Assembly: GCA_944371525.1 (NCBI GenBank) | Contig: CALVXP010000002.1 | Span: 1,042 to 65,041, forward strand | Source of the DNA: an uncultured Bacilli bacterium | GTDB lineage: Bacteria > Bacillota_I > Bacilli_A > RF39 > UBA660 | Direction: 5' to 3' | Length of the DNA: 64,000 bases | In this document: piece by piece, positions 55,304-64,000 of the stretch | Position numbering within the stretch: the first letter of the stretch is position 1 | Layout: each line of letters starts with the position of its first letter | Program-made: the position numbers and the translations under genes | Notes under the pieces: generated by a model | Told to the model about the DNA's origin: nothing | The model's input: the letters and a program-made list of their open reading frames with translations, nothing else | Database searches by the model: none

Positions 55304-58117
55304 ATGGATAAAATAGTAATAAAAGGTGCTAGAGAAAATAATTTAAAAAATATTGATATTGAAATACCAAAGAATAAACTTGTTGTAATGACGGGAGTAT
55401 CTGGAAGCGGAAAATCCTCTTTAGCATTTGATACAATATATGCTGAAGGGCAAAGAAGATATGTTGAAAGTTTAAGTGCTTATGCTAGACAGTTTTTAGG
55501 AAGTTCTGAGAAACCTGATGTTGATAGTATTGAAGGGTTAAGTCCCTCAATTAGTATTGATCAAAAGACTACTAATAAAAATCCTAGAAGTACTGTTGGT
55601 ACTGTTACAGAAATATATGATTATTTAAGATTATTATTTGCAAGAATTGGTGTTCCTTATTGTCCTGAACATAATATACCAATTACTTCTCAAAGTATTG
55701 AAGAAATGGTTAATAAAGTATTAGAGTTAGAAACAGGAACAAAGATAATGGTTATGGCTCCGGTTGTAAAAGGAGAAAAGGGAACACATAAAGATTTATT
55801 TGAAAGTCTTAGAAAAGATGGATATATTAGAGTTAAAGTAGATGGAGAACTATTAGATTTAAGTGAAGATATAGAACTTTCTAAAACTAAAAAACATAAT
55901 ATATCAGTTATTATAGATAGACTTGTTATTAAAGATAATATAAGAAGTCGTTTATATGATTCAGTAGAGACCGCAACAAAACTTGCTCATGGGAAAGTAA
56001 TTATTGATGTAGTGGGAGATAAAGAAATACTTTTAAGTGAGAATTTTGCTTGTCCTTATTGTGATTATTCATTAGATGAACTTGAGCCTAGAATATTTTC
56101 ATTTAATGCTCCATATGGAGCGTGCCCTGATTGTAAAGGACTTGGTATTAAATATAAATTAGACTTAGATTTAATTATTCCTGATAAAAATAAATCAGTA
56201 AATGAAGGGGCAATCGTGGTAATTAATTTAGATGACAAGAGTAGTATAATAAATACAGAACTTGTAACTTTAAGTAAATATTATGATATTGATTTAGATA
56301 AAAAAATAAAAGACTTGGAAAAAGATAAATTAGATATATTATTATATGGATCTCCTGATATGTTAGAGTTTAATTATGTTGCTAAAAATGGTAATACAAG
56401 AAAGAGTAAAAATTACTTTGAAGGAATAATAACTAATTTAGAAAGAAGATATATTGAAACAAAAAGTGGATGGATAAGAGATTGGATTGAACAATATATG
56501 ACAGAACTTCCTTGTCCTACTTGTAATGGAACAAGACTTCAAGATAGTGTGTTATCAGTTCTTATAAATAAGAAAAATATATATGAAGTAACTTGTTTAT
56601 CTATTAGAGAACTAAGAGATTTTATTAGTAATTTAAAATTAAATAAAGAACAAGAAGAGATAGCAAGCATTATTGTTAAAGAAATAATGTCAAGGTTAGA
56701 TTTCTTAATAAATGTAGGACTTGATTATTTAACTTTAAATAGAAGTGCAGGAACTCTATCAGGAGGAGAATCTCAAAGAATAAGACTTGCAACACAAATA
56801 GGTTCTAGATTAACTGGTGTTTTATATGTATTAGACGAACCTAGTATTGGTTTACATCAAAGAGATAATCGTAAACTTATTAATTCATTATTAGAAATGC
56901 GTGATTTAGGTAATTCACTAATAGTGGTAGAACATGATACTGATACAATGTTAGCGGCTGATTATTTAATAGATATAGGTCCTTATGCAGGAGATAATGG
57001 TGGACAAGTTATGGCAGCAGGAACCCCAGAAGAAGTAATGCAAAATGATAATAGTTTAACAGGTAAATATTTAACAGGTAAGGAAAAGATAGAAGTTCCT
57101 ACTAAAAGAAGAAAAGGAAATAAGAAATACATTGAAATAAAAGGAGCAAAAGAAAATAACTTAAAAAATATTAATGTTAAATTTCCTCTTGGAACATTTA
57201 TTTGTGTAACAGGAGTATCAGGAAGTGGTAAATCAAGTTTAGTAAATGAAATATTATATAAAGCACTTGCAAGTAACTTGTATGTATTTAAAGAGAAACC
57301 TGGAAAACATAAGGAAATAAAAGGTATAGAAAATATTGATAAAGTAGTACAAATTACTCAAAATCCAATAGGTAGAACTCCTAGAAGTAATCCTGCTACT
57401 TATGTTGGAGTATTTGATGATATAAGAGATATATTTGCTGAAACCAAAGATGCTAAGATAAAAGGATATGATAAAGGAAGATTTAGTTTTAATGTTAAAG
57501 GTGGAAGATGTGAAGCTTGCTGGGGAGATGGAGTTAAGAAAATAGAGATGCATTTCTTACCAGATGTATATGTTCCTTGTGAAGTGTGTCACGGTACAAG
57601 ATATAATAGAGAAACATTAGATATAAAATATAAAAATAAAAATATTAGTGAAGTACTTGATATGCGAGTAGACGAAGCAATTACATTTTTTGAAAATCAT
57701 CCTAAAGTATTAAATAAATTAAAAGTATTACAAGATGTAGGTTTAGGTTATGTAAAACTTGGACAAAGTGCTCCAACTTTATCAGGAGGAGAAGCAGCAA
57801 GAGTAAAACTTGCTAAAGAATTACAAAAGAAACCAACAGGTAAGAGTTTATTTATATTAGATGAACCTAGTACAGGATTACATTCTCACGATATTAAGAA
57901 ATTACTTTCTATTTTACAAAGAATAGTAGATAATGGCGATACTGTTATAGTTATTGAACATAATTTAGATATAATTAAAGTGGCAGACTATATTATTGAT
58001 TTAGGACCTGAAGGAGGTAATTTAGGAGGAAATATAGTATGTACAGGAACTCCAGAAGAAGTAAGTAAAGTAGAAGAAAGCTATACAGGACAATTTTTAA
58101 AAGAAATGTTAAATTAA
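55304..58117 (+). CDS. uvrA: Excinuclease ABC subunit A
   Basis: Two ABC ATPase modules (GVSGSGKSS twice, LSGGE twice) and zinc-finger modules (CPYC...CPDC; CEAC...CEVC). 937 aa. Confidence 0.97.
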   Translation: MDKIVIKGARENNLKNIDIEIPKNKLVVMTGVSGSGKSSLAFDTIYAEGQRRYVESLSAYARQFLGSSEKPDVDSIEGLSPSISIDQKTTNKNPRSTVGTVTEIYDYLRLLFARIGVPYCPEHNIPITSQSIEEMVNKVLELETGTKIMVMAPVVKGEKGTHKDLFESLRKDGYIRVKVDGELLDLSEDIELSKTKKHNISVIIDRLVIKDNIRSRLYDSVETATKLAHGKVIIDVVGDKEILLSENFACPYCDYSLDELEPRIFSFNAPYGACPDCKGLGIKYKLDLDLIIPDKNKSVNEGAIVVINLDDKSSIINTELVTLSKYYDIDLDKKIKDLEKDKLDILLYGSPDMLEFNYVAKNGNTRKSKNYFEGIITNLERRYIETKSGWIRDWIEQYMTELPCPTCNGTRLQDSVLSVLINKKNIYEVTCLSIRELRDFISNLKLNKEQEEIASIIVKEIMSRLDFLINVGLDYLTLNRSAGTLSGGESQRIRLATQIGSRLTGVLYVLDEPSIGLHQRDNRKLINSLLEMRDLGNSLIVVEHDTDTMLAADYLIDIGPYAGDNGGQVMAAGTPEEVMQNDNSLTGKYLTGKEKIEVPTKRRKGNKKYIEIKGAKENNLKNINVKFPLGTFICVTGVSGSGKSSLVNEILYKALASNLYVFKEKPGKHKEIKGIENIDKVVQITQNPIGRTPRSNPATYVGVFDDIRDIFAETKDAKIKGYDKGRFSFNVKGGRCEACWGDGVKKIEMHFLPDVYVPCEVCHGTRYNRETLDIKYKNKNISEVLDMRVDEAITFFENHPKVLNKLKVLQDVGLGYVKLGQSAPTLSGGEAARVKLAKELQKKPTGKSLFILDEPSTGLHSHDIKKLLSILQRIVDNGDTVIVIEHNLDIIKVADYIIDLGPEGGNLGGNIVCTGTPEEVSKVEESYTGQFLKEMLN

Positions 58118-58179
58118 TATATCTTGTTTATAACTATACAAGTTATTTAAAAATAGTTATAAACAGTATAATCTTAATT

Positions 58180-58206
58180 AAGAACTTGATTATAGTTCTT
58201 TTTTTG
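58180..58206 (+). terminator. Intrinsic terminator after uvrA
   Basis: AAGAACT-tgattat-AGTTCTT followed by TTTTT. Confidence 0.7.
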
Positions 58207-58272
58207 TCAATACAATTTTTTAATTGTTTTAAATAATATTATAAATTATTGTTACTTATAGATGTTTATTAA

Positions 58273-58301
58273 TTTACACATTAAGATGTGCATGATATAA
58301 T
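58273..58301 (+). promoter_or_regulatory. Putative promoter of the RhuM-family gene
   Basis: TTTACA (58273-58278), a 17-nt spacer ending in TGa, then TATAAT (58296-58301). The palindrome CACAT-taag-ATGTG lies in the spacer. Confidence 0.55.
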
Positions 58302-58337
58302 GTTGAAAAAAGCAGAGTAATGAGAAGAGGTGCAAAA

Positions 58338-59366
58338 ATGCAAGATAAATTAATTGGAAATGAAAAAAATATTTTATTTTATAATGATGAAGAAGGAAAT
58401 GTAAAGGTTGAAGTACTATTAGAAAATGAAGATGTTTGGTTAAATACAGAAGCAATTGCTACACTTTTTAATATTGATAGAAGTGGTGTTATTAGACATA
58501 TTAAAAATATTTATAATGATAAAGAATTAGAAGAAAATTCAACTTGTGCAAAAATTGCACAAGTTCAAAAAGAAGGAAATAGAGAAGTTAAAAGAATTTA
58601 TCCATACTATAATCTTGATATGATTATTTCTATTGGATTTAGAGTTAATTCTAAAAAGGCAATAAAGTTTAGAATTTGGTCGAATAAAATAATTAAAGAC
58701 TATATGGTACAAGGTTTTTGTTTAAATGATGAAAGATTTATGAAAGCAAGAAAATCAGATCAAGAATATTTTAAAAGATTACTTGAAAGAATTAAATTAA
58801 TTCGTACAAGTGAAAGAATGTTTTATCAAAAAATTACTGATATTTTTGCAGAATGTTCTATTGATTATGATAGAAATAGTGATATGGCTATAACATTTTA
58901 TAAAACAATTCAAAATAAATTTCATTATGCAATTACAGGACAAACAGCAGCGGAAATTATTTACAATAGAGTAGATTCTAAAAAGAAAAATATGGGACTT
59001 ACTACTTGGGAAAATTCTCCTAATGGTAAGATATTAAAATCTGATTGTATAATTGCTAAAAATTATTTAGATGAGAGTGAAATAAAAAAATTAAATAATT
59101 TAGTAAATTTGTTTTTAGATATTGCTGAAAATAATGCTGAAAGAAATATTACAATGTATATGAATGATTGGAAAAATGAAGTAGAAAATGCTTTAAAATT
59201 ATTTCATTATGAAGTATTAGAAGGAAAAGGAAAAATTTCACATAAACAAGCAGTAGAAAAGGCTGAAAATGAATATGAAAAATATAAAGTTATTCAAGAT
59301 AAAAATTATATTTCTGATTTTGATAGATTATTAATTGAAACAAAAGAAATAGAAAAATATAAGTGA
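58338..59366 (+). CDS. RhuM-family virulence/DNA-binding protein
   Basis: ILFYNDEEGNVKVEVLLENEDVWLNTEAIATLFNIDRSGVIRHIKNIY...YNLDMIISIGFRVNSKKAIKFRIW is typical of RhuM. ATG 58338 follows AGAGGTG. Confidence 0.8.
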   Translation: MQDKLIGNEKNILFYNDEEGNVKVEVLLENEDVWLNTEAIATLFNIDRSGVIRHIKNIYNDKELEENSTCAKIAQVQKEGNREVKRIYPYYNLDMIISIGFRVNSKKAIKFRIWSNKIIKDYMVQGFCLNDERFMKARKSDQEYFKRLLERIKLIRTSERMFYQKITDIFAECSIDYDRNSDMAITFYKTIQNKFHYAITGQTAAEIIYNRVDSKKKNMGLTTWENSPNGKILKSDCIIAKNYLDESEIKKLNNLVNLFLDIAENNAERNITMYMNDWKNEVENALKLFHYEVLEGKGKISHKQAVEKAENEYEKYKVIQDKNYISDFDRLLIETKEIEKYK

Positions 59367-59413
59367 AAGTTGAATTGTTAAGAATAATTATATAAAATTA
59401 ACTTAAATATATC

Positions 59414-59438
59414 ATAAAAAAAGACACATAAGTGTCTT
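59414..59438 (-). terminator. Intrinsic terminator downstream of tRNA-Arg (minus strand)
   Basis: On the minus strand, AAGACAC-ttat-GTGTCTT is followed by TTTTTTT. Confidence 0.65.
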
Positions 59439-59450
59439 AATAAACATAAA

Positions 59451-59527
59451 TGGCGCGCCCATAGGGATTCGAACCCCAAGCCTTTTGGTCCGTAGCCAAA
59501 CGCTCTATCCAATTGAGCTATGGGCGC
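59451..59527 (-). tRNA. tRNA-Arg (anticodon ACG), CCA-encoded
   Basis: The reverse complement GCGCCCATAGCTCAATTGGATAGAGCGTTTGGCTACGGACCAAAAGGCTTGGGGTTCGAATCCCTATGGGCGCGCCA folds as a cloverleaf. Acceptor GCGCCCA/TGGGCGC, D arm GCTC/GAGC, anticodon stem TTTGG/CCAAA with loop CTACGGA, and T arm with GTTCGAATC. Confidence 0.93.
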
Positions 59528-59596
59528 ATCACATAAATACATTTAATAGTATATACTAATTTTTTATAAATTTCAACTATTTATATGAAATTTACT

Positions 59597-59624
59597 TGTT
59601 TTTGTTAATAATATATGCTATAAT
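59597..59624 (+). promoter_or_regulatory. Putative promoter of the rimP-nusA-infB operon
   Basis: Extended -10 TGcTATAAT (TATAAT at 59619-59624), with a weak -35 TTGTTT 17 nt upstream. Confidence 0.5.
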
Positions 59625-59643
59625 ACAAGTATCTTGAGGAAGG

Positions 59644-59672
59644 AGAGTGGCACAAAGTACCACTCTTTATTA
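59644..59672 (+). promoter_or_regulatory. Leader hairpin / possible attenuator upstream of rimP
   Basis: AGAGTGG (59644-59650)-9 nt-CCACTCT (59660-59666), followed by TTTATTATT, lying between the promoter and the rimP SD. Confidence 0.4.
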
Positions 59673-59684
59673 TTGGAGGTATAT

Positions 59685-59936
59685 ATGGATATAGAGAAAA
59701 AAGTAAGAGATTTAGTAGAAGAGCAAGTAAATGAGATTGGTGTAACTATTGATAGTGTTATCTATGAAAAAGAAGGAAATAATAATTTTCTTAGAATAAC
59801 TATTGATAGAGAAGTACCTATTGATGTTGATACTTGTGTAGAAGTAACAAATATTATTAATCCAATATTAGATGAAAATGATATCATTGAAGAAAGTTAT
59901 ATATTAGATATTTCTTCAAAGGAAAGAGGAGTATAA
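59685..59936 (+). CDS. rimP: Ribosome maturation factor RimP, N-terminal domain only (83 aa)
   Basis: Position upstream of nusA. VRDLVEEQVNEIGVTIDSVIYEKEGNNNFLRITID...YILDISS resembles the RimP N-domain. It ends where the SSPGxxRPL motif would begin. ATG 59685 follows GGAGGT. Confidence 0.65.
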   Translation: MDIEKKVRDLVEEQVNEIGVTIDSVIYEKEGNNNFLRITIDREVPIDVDTCVEVTNIINPILDENDIIEESYILDISSKERGV

Positions 59937-59937
59937 A

Positions 59938-60987
59938 ATGAATAGTAAACAAATTAAAGAATTCTTAACAGCATTAGATAGTATTATTAAAGAAAAAGGA
60001 ATAGACAGGTCTATTGTAATTGAAGCAATGGAACAGGCAATGGTAGCAGCTTTTAAAAAGAAAACTGGTAATCCTAATGGGAAATGTACAGTAAATCCTG
60101 AAACAGGAGAAATTAGATTATGTTCATTTAAAACAGTAGTAGAAGAAGTAAATGATGACAGAATTGAAATTAGTTTAGAAGATGCTAGAAAAATAGTTCC
60201 TGATATTAATATTGGAGAAACAATTGAAAAAGATGAAGAATTAACTGATTTTGGTAGAGTAGCTGCAGGTACTGCTAAACAAGTAGTAGTTCAAAGAATT
60301 AAAGAAGCAGAGAAAAATAACATTACAGAAGAATTTAAAGATAAACAAGATGAATTATTAGTAGGTATCCTATCTAGAGAAGATGCTAATAATTATTATG
60401 TAGATTTAGGAAGAACTCATGGCATTTTACCTAAAGATGAAATAATTCCAGGAGAAAAATTAGAAATGGGTTCTTCGGTTAAAGTATATGTATCTAAGCT
60501 TGATATTGGTACTAAAGGAGTATTTATATTGTTATCTAGAAAACACTATGGATTTTTAAAAAGATTACTTGAATTAGAAATACCTGAATTAAGTGATGGT
60601 TCTGTGATTTTATATTCAGTAGCAAGAGAAGCAGGTTCAAGAAGTAAAATTGCTGTATATTCAGAATTCAGTAATATAGATCCACTTGGAGCTATAATTG
60701 GAGAAAAAGGAAGTAGAATTAATAGAGTTTTAAAACAAATAAATGGAGAAAAAATAGATATTATATTATATGATAAAGATCCTGCTACATTTATAGCTAA
60801 TGCATTATCTCCTGCTAAAGATATAGAAGTACGTATTTTAGATGAAAAGAAAAAAGAAGCACTTGCTATTGTAAATAATGATAATTTCTCATTAGCAATT
60901 GGTAAAAAAGGACAAAATGTTAAATTAGCATCTAGACTTACTCATTACAAAATAGATGTAAAAAAAGCTGAGGATGTAGAAGAATAG
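59938..60987 (+). CDS. nusA: Transcription termination/antitermination factor NusA
   Basis: N-terminal domain, S1 (LLVGILSREDANNYYVDLGRTHGILPKDE) and two KH domains (GSRSKIAV..., AIGKKGQNVKLASRLT). Confidence 0.95.
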   Translation: MNSKQIKEFLTALDSIIKEKGIDRSIVIEAMEQAMVAAFKKKTGNPNGKCTVNPETGEIRLCSFKTVVEEVNDDRIEISLEDARKIVPDINIGETIEKDEELTDFGRVAAGTAKQVVVQRIKEAEKNNITEEFKDKQDELLVGILSREDANNYYVDLGRTHGILPKDEIIPGEKLEMGSSVKVYVSKLDIGTKGVFILLSRKHYGFLKRLLELEIPELSDGSVILYSVAREAGSRSKIAVYSEFSNIDPLGAIIGEKGSRINRVLKQINGEKIDIILYDKDPATFIANALSPAKDIEVRILDEKKKEALAIVNNDNFSLAIGKKGQNVKLASRLTHYKIDVKKAEDVEE

Positions 60988-61248
60988 ATGAAACAAAGAA
61001 AAATACCAATGCGTACTTGTATTGTTTCTAAAGAACAATTACCTAAACAAGAATTAATCAGAATAGTTAAAACAAAAGAAAATGTTGTCGTAGATTTAAC
61101 AGGAAAGGTTAATGGACATGGTGCATATATTAAAAAAGATAATGAAGTATTAGAAAAAGCAATTAAAACTAATATTTTAGGGAAAAAATTGGAAGTAGAA
61201 ATACCTAATGAAGTGTATGAGGAGTTAAGAGATATTATAAATAAATAA
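60988..61248 (+). CDS. ylxR: YlxR/RnpM (DUF448) RNA-binding protein
   Basis: KIPMRTCIVSKEQLPKQELIRIV...GHGAYI. 86 aa. Conserved position between nusA and infB. Confidence 0.9.
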   Translation: MKQRKIPMRTCIVSKEQLPKQELIRIVKTKENVVVDLTGKVNGHGAYIKKDNEVLEKAIKTNILGKKLEVEIPNEVYEELRDIINK

Positions 61249-61266
61249 ACTTTGGAGGTGATTTAT

Positions 61267-63384
61267 ATGATGAGTGTAAAAGAATATTCAATTGATGTAA
61301 ATAAGAGTATTGAGGAAATATTGAAATTATGTAAAACTTTAAGTATAAATGCAACAAATGAAGATGATATGTTAGATGATGATGCAATAATTATGTTAGA
61401 TAATGAAATTGCTAATATGAGTGAAGAAGAAACTGAAGATAATGAATTTGATGAAGAGGATTTTGAAGATAGTTATTTAGAAGAATTAGAAGAAATAGAA
61501 GAACATAAAGAAAATATTACAAAGAAGAAGAAAAAAAATAATGACAGTAATCGAGAGAATAAAGAAGATTTTCGTAAACAAAGAAAAGAAATGTATAAGC
61601 ATAAAGAAAAGTTAATGGAAAATAAAGTAGCAGATGATGAAAATATAGTTCTTTATAGTGAAGGTATGAGTGTAGCTGATTTAGCAAATTCTCTTAATGT
61701 TGGAGTTGGAGAAGTCCTAAAAAAGATAATGGGACTTGGAATGATGTTAACACTTAATAGTGCTATTGATTTTGATACTGCAGAGATAGTTGTTTCAGAT
61801 TATGGTAAAACTTTAAAAAGTGATACAACAAGAGATGAAGTTAATTTTGAAGATCTTGAAATAGAAGAAAAAGAAGAAGATTTAGTGGAAAGAGCTCCTG
61901 TTGTAACTATTATGGGGCATGTAGACCATGGAAAAACTACTTTACTTGATACTATTAGAAAGACAAATGTAGCTAGTGGTGAAGCAGGAGGAATAACACA
62001 AGCAATTGGGGCTTATCAAATAAGTTATAATGGTAAGAGATTAACATTTATTGATACGCCAGGACATGCTGCATTTACAGAAATGCGTGCTAGAGGAGCA
62101 AGCGTAACTGATATAGTAATTATTATAGTGGCAGCAGATGATGGCGTAATGCCTCAAACTAAAGAAGCAATTGACCATGCAAAAGCTGCTAATGTTCCAA
62201 TTATTGTAGCGGTAAATAAAATGGATAAACCTGATGCAAATCCTGAAAGAGTTCTTACTGAAATGGCACAAAATGGAATAACACCAGAAGAATGGGGTGG
62301 AGATGTTATGTTTGTAAACATCTCTGCTAAAACAGGTATGGGAATAGATGATTTATTAGAAAGAATATTATTAATTAGTGAAATACAAGAATTAAAAGCA
62401 AATCCTAATCGTTATGCTAAAGGAACTGTAATAGAAGCAAAAATGGATAAAAATCTAGGAGTAGTAGCTACTTTACTTATTCAAAATGGAACATTAAGAC
62501 TTGGAGATAACATAGTAGTAGGTAATGCTCATGGAAGAGTTAGAACCTTAAAAAATGATAGAGGAGAAAACTTAGTAGAAGCTGATCCCTCTATGCCAGT
62601 AACTATTACAGGATTAAATGAAAGCCCTTCAGCAGGAGATAAATTTATGGTATTTGAAACCGAAAAGAAAGCTAGAAGTATTGCAGAACAAAGAAAAGTA
62701 AATGAAAAATTAAAAAATAACAAAACTACAACTTCTGTTAGTTTAGATGATTTATTTTCTAGAATTAATTCAGGATGTAAAGAAATTAACATTGTATTAA
62801 AAGCTGATGTCAAAGGTAGTGAAGAAGCTGTTAAAAATTCTTTATTAAAGATAGATGTAGAAGGCGTAAAAATTAATGTAATAAGAAGTGGAATAGGCAC
62901 AATAACAGAAAGTGATATAGTATTAGCAGCAGCTTCTAATGCTATAATTATTGGCTTTAATATAAGACCTAATAATAAAACTATGGAATATGCTAAAGAA
63001 AAAAATGTTGATATTAGATTATATAATATTATATATAAAGTAGTAGAAGAAATGGAAGATGCTATGAAAGGTGAATTAGAGCCTGAATATGAAGAAAAAG
63101 TAATTGGTACAGCAGAAGTTAGAAAATTGTTTAAATTTTCAAAAGTAGGTACAATTGCAGGTTCTTATGTAACTGATGGTGTTATTAAAAGAGATGCTAA
63201 AGCTAGAATAATTAGAGATGGTGTTATTATATATGATGGTAATATTAATTCGATAGCAAGAGAAAAAGATCAGGTAAAAGAAGTAAAACAAGGACTAGAA
63301 TGCGGTATTACGATAGAAAACTTTAATGATATTAAAGAAAATGATGTTATAGAAGCTTATGAAATTTGTGAAATAAAAAGATAA
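61267..63384 (+). CDS. infB: Translation initiation factor IF-2
   Basis: G-domain [25 protein letters not shown] and NKMD, followed by the C-terminal domains. ATG 61267 follows GGAGGTG, upstream of which the track starts at TTG 61252. Confidence 0.95.
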   Translation: MMSVKEYSIDVNKSIEEILKLCKTLSINATNEDDMLDDDAIIMLDNEIANMSEEETEDNEFDEEDFEDSYLEELEEIEEHKENITKKKKKNNDSNRENKEDFRKQRKEMYKHKEKLMENKVADDENIVLYSEGMSVADLANSLNVGVGEVLKKIMGLGMMLTLNSAIDFDTAEIVVSDYGKTLKSDTTRDEVNFEDLEIEEKEEDLVERAPVVTIMGHVDHGKTTLLDTIRKTNVASGEAGGITQAIGAYQISYNGKRLTFIDTPGHAAFTEMRARGASVTDIVIIIVAADDGVMPQTKEAIDHAKAANVPIIVAVNKMDKPDANPERVLTEMAQNGITPEEWGGDVMFVNISAKTGMGIDDLLERILLISEIQELKANPNRYAKGTVIEAKMDKNLGVVATLLIQNGTLRLGDNIVVGNAHGRVRTLKNDRGENLVEADPSMPVTITGLNESPSAGDKFMVFETEKKARSIAEQRKVNEKLKNNKTTTSVSLDDLFSRINSGCKEINIVLKADVKGSEEAVKNSLLKIDVEGVKINVIRSGIGTITESDIVLAAASNAIIIGFNIRPNNKTMEYAKEKNVDIRLYNIIYKVVEEMEDAMKGELEPEYEEKVIGTAEVRKLFKFSKVGTIAGSYVTDGVIKRDAKARIIRDGVIIYDGNINSIAREKDQVKEVKQGLECGITIENFNDIKENDVIEAYEICEIKR

Positions 63385-63412
63385 TTAGTCATTTATATGG
63401 CTAATTTTTTTT
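63385..63412 (+). terminator. Intrinsic terminator after infB
   Basis: TTAGTCAT-ttat-ATGGCTAA (one G-U pair) followed by TTTTTTTT. Confidence 0.7.
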
Positions 63413-63418
63413 GTTAAA

Positions 63419-63447
63419 TTGACATTATAAGTTATATGTGCTAGAAT
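63419..63447 (+). promoter_or_regulatory. Putative sigma-A promoter
   Basis: TTGACA (63419-63424), a 17-nt spacer ending in TGc, then TAGAAT (63442-63447). Confidence 0.6.
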
Positions 63448-63483
63448 ATTAAATACTAAAAGCGAATGTGGGGAGGTTTTTGT

Positions 63484-64000
63484 ATGTATGATGATATAGA
63501 TTATAAATTTAATTGGGTAGGACTAATTATAAAAATTGTGATATTTATTATATTAATATTGTTGGCAATATGGGTTGTGTCTTCAACTTTTACTAAAAAA
63601 GAAAAACAAAATAATTTTAATGATAATTTTAACTTTTTTAATGAGACAGCTTTAAACTATTTTGAAGGAGAGAATTTGCCTAAGGAAGAAAATGAAAAAA
63701 TAACATTAACATTAAATGCAATGATAAAAAAAGGAATAATTAATGAATTAGTCGATCAAGATGGAAATGTTTGTGATAAAAATAATAGTTATATTGAAGC
63801 AATAAAAATAGATGATTATTATGAAATAACAGTTAAATTAATTTGTGGTTCTGATGAAAAAGTAATCAAAAATAAAATTAATGGAGAACAATGTAAAACA
63901 GAAGATTGTGTAATGGATACAGATGATAGCAATACAGAAAATGAAGAAAACAGTAATAATGATACTGATGGAAGCGATAAATTGACTTATTATGAGTATG
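63484..64000 (+). CDS. Hypothetical membrane-anchored protein; C-terminus lies beyond the window edge
   Basis: Not in the ORF track because there is no stop within the window. GGGGAGG SD, then ATG 63484. The product is MYDDIDYKFNWVGLIIKIVIFIILILLAIWVV (TM helix) followed by a Cys-containing soluble region. Confidence 0.6.
   Translation, partial: MYDDIDYKFNWVGLIIKIVIFIILILLAIWVVSSTFTKKEKQNNFNDNFNFFNETALNYFEGENLPKEENEKITLTLNAMIKKGIINELVDQDGNVCDKNNSYIEAIKIDDYYEITVKLICGSDEKVIKNKINGEQCKTEDCVMDTDDSNTENEENSNNDTDGSDKLTYYEY

Noticed and set aside
58118-58180. Inverted repeat TGTTTATAACT ... AGTTATAAACA right after uvrA, considered as a mobile-element end or att site
   Set aside because: It is a single AT-rich palindrome adjacent to the real terminator hairpin. 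There is no second copy flanking the RhuM gene and no similarity to the tRNA-Arg 3' end.
59634-59684. Track start at 59634 for rimP (MRKESGTKYHSLLLEVY...)
   Set aside because: This segment forms the leader hairpin (AGAGTGG/CCACTCT) and contains the SD GGAGGT for ATG 59685. The RimP-like sequence begins at MDIEKK.
5026-62900. Other short antisense or overlapping track ORFs: 5026-5211, 8047-8265, 8332-8703, 10850-11095, 13418-13769 (three), 16179-16523, 20142-20363, 26400-26693, 32331-32561, 41929-42141, 43405-43845, 45760-45966, 47362-47574, 48679-48891, 51021-51350, 52125-52574, 57254-57553, 58252-58455, 62041-62271 and 62529-62900
   Set aside because: Each is nested in, or antisense to, a longer ORF with clear family motifs. 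Their translations are low-complexity (F/L/I/S-rich), as expected from reading AT-rich coding DNA in the wrong frame, and none has a convincing SD.
1-64000. Search for CRISPR arrays, rRNA genes, IS elements with terminal inverted repeats, integrases and reverse transcriptases
   Set aside because: I saw no regularly spaced direct repeats and no rRNA-like conserved blocks. No ORF carries transposase DDE, integrase R..HxxR..Y or RT YxDD motifs. The only mobile-element-related sequence is the frameshifted Rpn-type gene.

Overview
Very AT-rich chromosomal segment from a low-GC, spore-forming Firmicute (sigK, yunB, sigH, PASTA kinase and T-box regulation are present). Most of it is ordinary. A minus-strand lipoteichoic-acid glycosylation operon (GtrA, GT2, YfhO, LtaS-like) comes first. 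It is followed by a Cd/Zn-type P-type ATPase, a T-box-controlled asparagine synthetase, an LCP ligase, a DUF368 protein and a thyA-folA-tmk cluster. A 14-gene Wzx/Wzy-type capsule/EPS locus spans about 17.8-31.5 kb. A small accessory patch at 33-37.5 kb holds a degenerate Fic/Doc-like protein, a second AsnB with a Nudix gene, a frameshifted Rpn-type nuclease and an XRE regulator. The rest is conserved housekeeping synteny: rlmN-prpC-prkC-rsgA-rpe, a Ca-ATPase, rpmB, sigK, yqeG-yqeH, mrnC-rlmB-sigH, uvrA, tRNA-Arg and rimP-nusA-ylxR-infB. The stand-out is the 775-aa secreted protein at 38451-40775. It contains an in-frame 909-bp tandem duplication, and each copy ends in a roughly 160-bp hypervariable block. 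The differences between the two blocks are almost all nonsynonymous, at codon positions 1-2, centred on adenines and reducible to AAY codons. This is the signature of diversity-generating retroelement variable regions, yet no reverse transcriptase or template repeat lies in the window. No CRISPR array, rRNA gene or intact mobile element was seen.
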